Origin: Bacteroidia bacterium
Lineage (GTDB): Bacteria > Bacteroidota > Bacteroidia > M30B66
DNA length: 64,000 nucleotides
NCBI GenBank assembly: GCA_965279035.1
Contig: OZ257142.1
Span: forward strand, 2,656,001 to 2,720,000
Direction of reading: 5' to 3'
Shown: positions 59,101 to 64,000 of the stretch, one piece after another
Position numbering within the stretch: position 1 is the stretch's first letter
Layout: every line of letters starts with the position of its first letter
Position numbers and translations under genes: made by a program
The notes under the pieces: model-generated
Told to the model about the DNA's origin: nothing
Databases searched by the model: none
What the model saw: the letters and a program-made list of their open reading frames with translations, nothing else

Positions 59101-62100
59101 TCCATTGTCGATAATTGAAATTTGATTTTCATTCAATCCAACAGTACCGAGAAAAGATAATTGAATAGTCCCTGAATGAACTAAACTTGTGCTTGCGTTA
59201 AACCAGATAGATGAGGTATTATCCATTCCATCAATTAATACAGGAAATGTGCTCCACTGGAAATTAGTCGAAGAAATTGGAATACTGCCTACCTTATACC
59301 ATTTTGTAATGGAACCGGTAGTTAAAACAACAAAATGATTTTGACTATTTTCATTGTAATTTATTATTCCAGTAACTGTTGAATCTCCCAAACTAATGGA
59401 ATGTTCATTCACAATTAGATTACCACTTTTTAAATACAACGATTTTAATTGAACATCAAATGGGAGAGAAATAGAATTTTGTTCACCAACATCTATGACT
59501 AAGTTAATTTGCATAGTATTCAAGGGTAATAAATCGGTTGAAATGATATTATTAATAATTGAATCGATAACCAACGTTGATGAATTAGCATACGTAAGCT
59601 CCAAGTTTGAAATGAATGGTTGTGGAGCATATGTAGCAATTGTTAATTTGCTAAGATTATTTATTTCAAATAATCCATTTTGATTATTTATTAAGCTAAC
59701 CTGAATACCTTGAGGATTACGAATAATATAATTAAATCCCCCTAATGGCTGAGAATTAAAAATGAGAGATTGTTGAATGTCCTGTCTTTTAAATTCCAAA
59801 CCAAATGAATTCGTGGAATTATATATTCCTGTACTACAAGTCCCGCCAACTTGGATAAAATTACCAGAAATCGACATCCCAAAAAAATTATGACTAAATT
59901 GACTATCATAAGTAAATAATACATTTCCCCCCGTTTGATAATAATTATTAATTTTATATCCATTAGAATATGGAATTAATTTTAAGTTAGCAGTACCTGA
60001 AGAAATAACTATGAGAGAATCAGTAATTTCAGGTATTCCATATAGTTGAATTTCATTTTCTTGCAAAGGGCAATCAATAATTAATTTCCTAATTTTTGAA
60101 AATTGACTTGTTAAACTAAAAACTGTAGAAGCTATTTTTCCGGAAAAAATTACTGTTGAACTATCCCCAAAAAAAGCTTGTGGCATTGAATTATATTGAG
60201 GAAATTGCAATTCAAGAGTCCCATAAACAAACAAACATGATGAAGTGCTTGTGATATTTTCCTCATTTATATTAATTAATTTACCAGAACTTGTAACAGT
60301 AGTTTTGCTATTATAAGCTACAAATTTATTGGTTACAATTTCAGATTTAACAGCAAGAATTCCAGAAATTTCATTCTTACCAAATCCAAATTTCATTTGG
60401 AAATTTTTTTCCATTCCTTCCAGATGCAAACTTGAACCTGCTTCAATGGTAAGTTGAGTACTATCAATAGCTGAATTAAAGTCGATTAGATAATTTACAG
60501 TCGATTCTGTACTTAAATTGGATGCTTGAAAATAAACGTTGGAGTTATTGATAATACTAAATTTAGCTACAATTTCAGATGGAACATTCGATAAAGTATC
60601 TGTCTGCCCAGTAGATATTTCAATCCAATCAAAAGGGGATGGATGAATTCGACTTGGCGACCAATTTCCTGCAACTTGATAATCTTGATTGATTGCTCCA
60701 GTCCAATGATACATTGCAGTATGATTATCTCCACCTGTCAAATCAAATGAATTCAGTGGGTTATCGGAAATTAAAAGTGTATCCGTTTGCAAATAGCAAT
60801 TACCATAAACATATTCAACATTGTTCCAAACATTCCCATTCCAAAATTTGGGTTGATAATAACAAATTCCATCATCCGCATCTCCTTGTTGAAAGTATGC
60901 TTTAATCGCATAGATCATTGGAGCATCGATTCCAGTATCTTCAAAACTCCAATATCGGTGAAGAGAATTTGTAAAATTTGAATTTGGATGAACCATTGCA
61001 TTCACTCCAACTCTAATTGTTCTTTCGACAGAATTATCTCCATAAAAAAATTCTAAATCAGAACCAACAGGAACGTCATTCGGATTAATGGTACCAATTG
61101 GGAATCGGGCTGTTGTGATAGAATCGGGATATAATGTGTAATTAAATTTTCCGTTTCCATTGATAGCAACCATTCGTTGAGAAATGCCTGTTGTGGTCGA
61201 ATAATTCGACAAAACACAATTTCTAATTATTAAATCATAATCATTTAATAGTAGTATTCCATGTTTTAGATCGAGTGTATGAATGCTTCTCTCCCCGGGA
61301 ATTTGAATTCTATTAGTAGTCCCAGCTCCAGTTAAATCTATTTTTAAGGCAATTGGTCCATTGGAATCTGGCCATTCAATTGAAGTTGCTAAAACTTCAT
61401 CATTACCTGAATAAATTAGCGAAGAATTCGATTGGTTATATTGAAATCGACCGGGTCCATCAAAATGTCCTTTTGAAATAGTAACCCGAGACGCAGAATC
61501 TAAAGCTAAAATATTATTTAAAGTTGCTCCCTCTGAATTATTTAAAACGATACTAACAGAACCTGAAATAGAACCATTCATTGTAAATTCTTGATGAATA
61601 GTTCCTTCAAAAATAATTCCAGCGTATTTTATTGAATTAATTGTAACACTTGGTGATTGAATGATATTTCCCTTAACATGCAATACATTGGGAACGTTTG
61701 AACTAATACTTGATTCCGTTTTCAACGTAAACTGACCATTATTTAAAATCAGATTTCCGTTTATAACTAATGAGCTACAATAATAAGTAACAATAAAATT
61801 TGCATTATCTTGAATAAAATCACCCAAGACAATTGTAGTTGAAACTGTAGAATTGCTAGAACCATTACTTAACCATTTCCCATTCGTGTTTACGACATGA
61901 TAGTCGTTTAGAACTGTATCTATAGCATCACGCAAATAAGCCGTTTGAATTGATTGATTCGGGCAATCATAAATAAAATTCCCCAAAGTACTTCCTGAAG
62001 GTATAGATACCGATTCACTTGTAACACCAATTATTTTAACTGTAGAATGACTTTTATAATTAGCTAATGGAATACCACCACCATTGCGTGCATGTAAATA

Positions 62101-63746
62101 CAAACTACCATATTCAAAAACCAAATTGGATTTATTCCCTGTATTTACAATAGCTGTATAAGGTCCTGACTGTTTAATTACACCATAAATAATAGAATGG
62201 GAATAGGAAACATCAAAATAAGAAGATTCGGTTAGTTCAAGTTGACCTTTAATTACTGACTCAACTGTTTGAGTATCATTAAATTTAATTCCCCCAGAAG
62301 TAGTAAATGTTAAAACTAGATTCGAATTATTTTCAATACATAATTTTTTATCAATAGTCAAGTAAGTATTCGTTCCATTAAATGTATACACTCCATTACC
62401 TGTTATTTGTAATACATCAATTTCTTGATTAGGTATATTGGTCACGTTGACATTTCCACCTTGGAAAATAAGTGTGTCGTTAGGGCGGGGTGTTATTCGA
62501 GAGGGAAACCAATTACTTTCTACTTGGAAATCGGCAGAACCAGAGCTAGGCAGAAATGTATAACTCTGAGAACTTAAGGTTTTAAATCTTCCTGTTAATG
62601 GATTGACAACATTGTATAAAGGCCCATTATTACAACCAATATCATTGTATTCGAATATCGCATATCGAAACCAAGTATTTTCAGTTAAATAGGAATCATA
62701 TGTGCTATTTAGATTTCCTGAATAAATTACTTTACCATTTCCTATTAAATTCCCATAGGAATAGATTATACCATTATGAGGTAATGAATCTAATTCAATA
62801 TCTGGTGTTTGAACAACTAAGCATTTTTTGTTATTTCCAGTTTGATAGGCTAAAGCAAGGGAAGTATAATTAGATGTTGCAGTTAAATTTGTTGGTTGGG
62901 TTGTTGGAGGATCGCATGGTACTAATACTGGTGGCAAGTATTTAAATGTCAATCCTGATGAGGGGTCATTCCCTGGAGTATAGTTTATTCGATCTGTACA
63001 ATTACTACTTGATGTTGTTGAACTCCAATTTCCGCTGGAGCTTTTTCGTGATAAAAAATTGGTATTAGTTTGGAAACGGATTCCTACCTCCGTTGAAATT
63101 GAGGTAGTTGAATGACATTGATTATAGCTGAATTTAATTTCATTTGTAGTTTCAAACAACTTTACTTGAAATGTTAATCGTGTTGAATCTGAATGATTGG
63201 CATCCATGTTTCGCCACTCAATAGTTACAACTCGAGAAGGTGAAGCCCCGGTTGCTAAATAGCGAATTTCAGATTCTGCTACTCCATTTAAATCCGCTGA
63301 AAAAGGACAAATACATGTTACATTACTGGATGTACTTGCTATAGGATATTGATTTATAGAAGCTGTTGATCCCAGGACAAGAAAACCGTTGACATTTACA
63401 CTCAAACTAGTGTATGAATTAGGCCCTAGATTGAATGTGAAAGGAAGATATTGAGTATAATACTGATTCTCCATATTACTACCCGATGCAACAACATTAC
63501 CTCCCAATATTCCAATATAATTATTGATAGATTGGTCAAATGTGTATTCATTTACAATTTGGGCATGAATGCGAATATTAAAGAGAATACTTATTAGTAT
63601 TAGTTTGATACCTATTCTCATACATTACATATTTATACGATTTATTAAGGCAATATAATAATTCTAACTTGTTATTTAATAAAATTTTCAGATATTTAAC
63701 ATCATAACACATCCCAACTGGGCCAAGAACATATAATTAACTGAAT

Positions 63747-64000
63747 ATGAATAAAATACTACTATCACTCATCGTATTATTGACCATACTTTTTGTTCCT
63801 ACTAAAAGTAATGCTCAACTAGTTTCAGTTTCAAATGGTTTTGCAACATGGCTTCAAGGAAATGGATATGCCGGATGTTTAAGTGGGAATATGTTAGATG
63901 GTTCTTGTCCATTAGTGATCAATGCAACTAAAATAAATTGTAGCTATGCGAATATTCAAGATTTAAGTGGTTTAGAAGTTTTTCAAAATTTAGATACCTT
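63747..64000 (+). CDS. 5' part of an LRR-T9SS paralog of 50707..54156 (runs off window; absent from ORF track)
   Basis: MNKILLSLIVLLTILFVPTKSNAQLVSVSNGFATWLQGNGYAGCLSGNMLDGSCPLVINATKINCS matches SGFAAWLQGNGYAGCLSGNVLDGSCPIVINTTKINCS. Confidence 0.85.
   Translation, partial: MNKILLSLIVLLTILFVPTKSNAQLVSVSNGFATWLQGNGYAGCLSGNMLDGSCPLVINATKINCSYANIQDLSGLEVFQNLDT

Larger units (their letters stand above)
54175..63621 (-). pseudogene. Giant T9SS type A surface protein (2688 aa when reconstructed) interrupted near its 3' end by IS4 copy 2
   Basis: Removing the IS plus one duplication joins ...GNIISC to RLINNEQCVSQSS... in frame. N-terminal signal peptide, Ig-like repeats and LFPNPS...DGIYFITI CTD in the detached 3' piece. 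Confidence 0.88.

Overview
AT-rich chromosomal window from a Bacteroidota bacterium, judged from TAnnTTTG promoters, many T9SS C-terminal domains and lipoproteins with KKDE-type export signals. In order it holds: the 3' end of glgC; a choice-of-anchor B T9SS protein; a TroABCD/MntABCD metal ABC operon whose first permease is fused to a DtxR-like repressor, with a palindromic operator upstream; three tandem PKD/type-B-CTD surface proteins behind a sigma-54-like promoter; and an M20 dipeptidase. Next is an uncharacterised six-gene envelope operon (21.0-25.6 kb): two helical-repeat lipoproteins, a Tat-exported DUF1501/alkaline-phosphatase-fold-like protein, a lipoprotein with a CX4CH heme-like motif, a DGDGD lipoprotein and a LEA_2 lipoprotein. 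It is followed by stress and regulatory genes, two acyl-CoA synthetases and a UbiD-family decarboxylase. Two 1371-bp IS4-family copies (20-bp perfect terminal inverted repeats, 9-bp target duplications, identical transposases) interrupt mgtA and a ~2690-aa T9SS surface protein. Also present are a TPR sensor with a degenerate histidine-kinase domain, a nonsense-interrupted serine hydrolase, two paralogous LRR-T9SS genes (one cut by the window end) and several structured intergenic elements. The 21-25.6 kb operon is the best candidate for an undescribed system. All family calls are from motif recognition by eye, not database searches. No rRNA, tRNA or CRISPR array was recognised.
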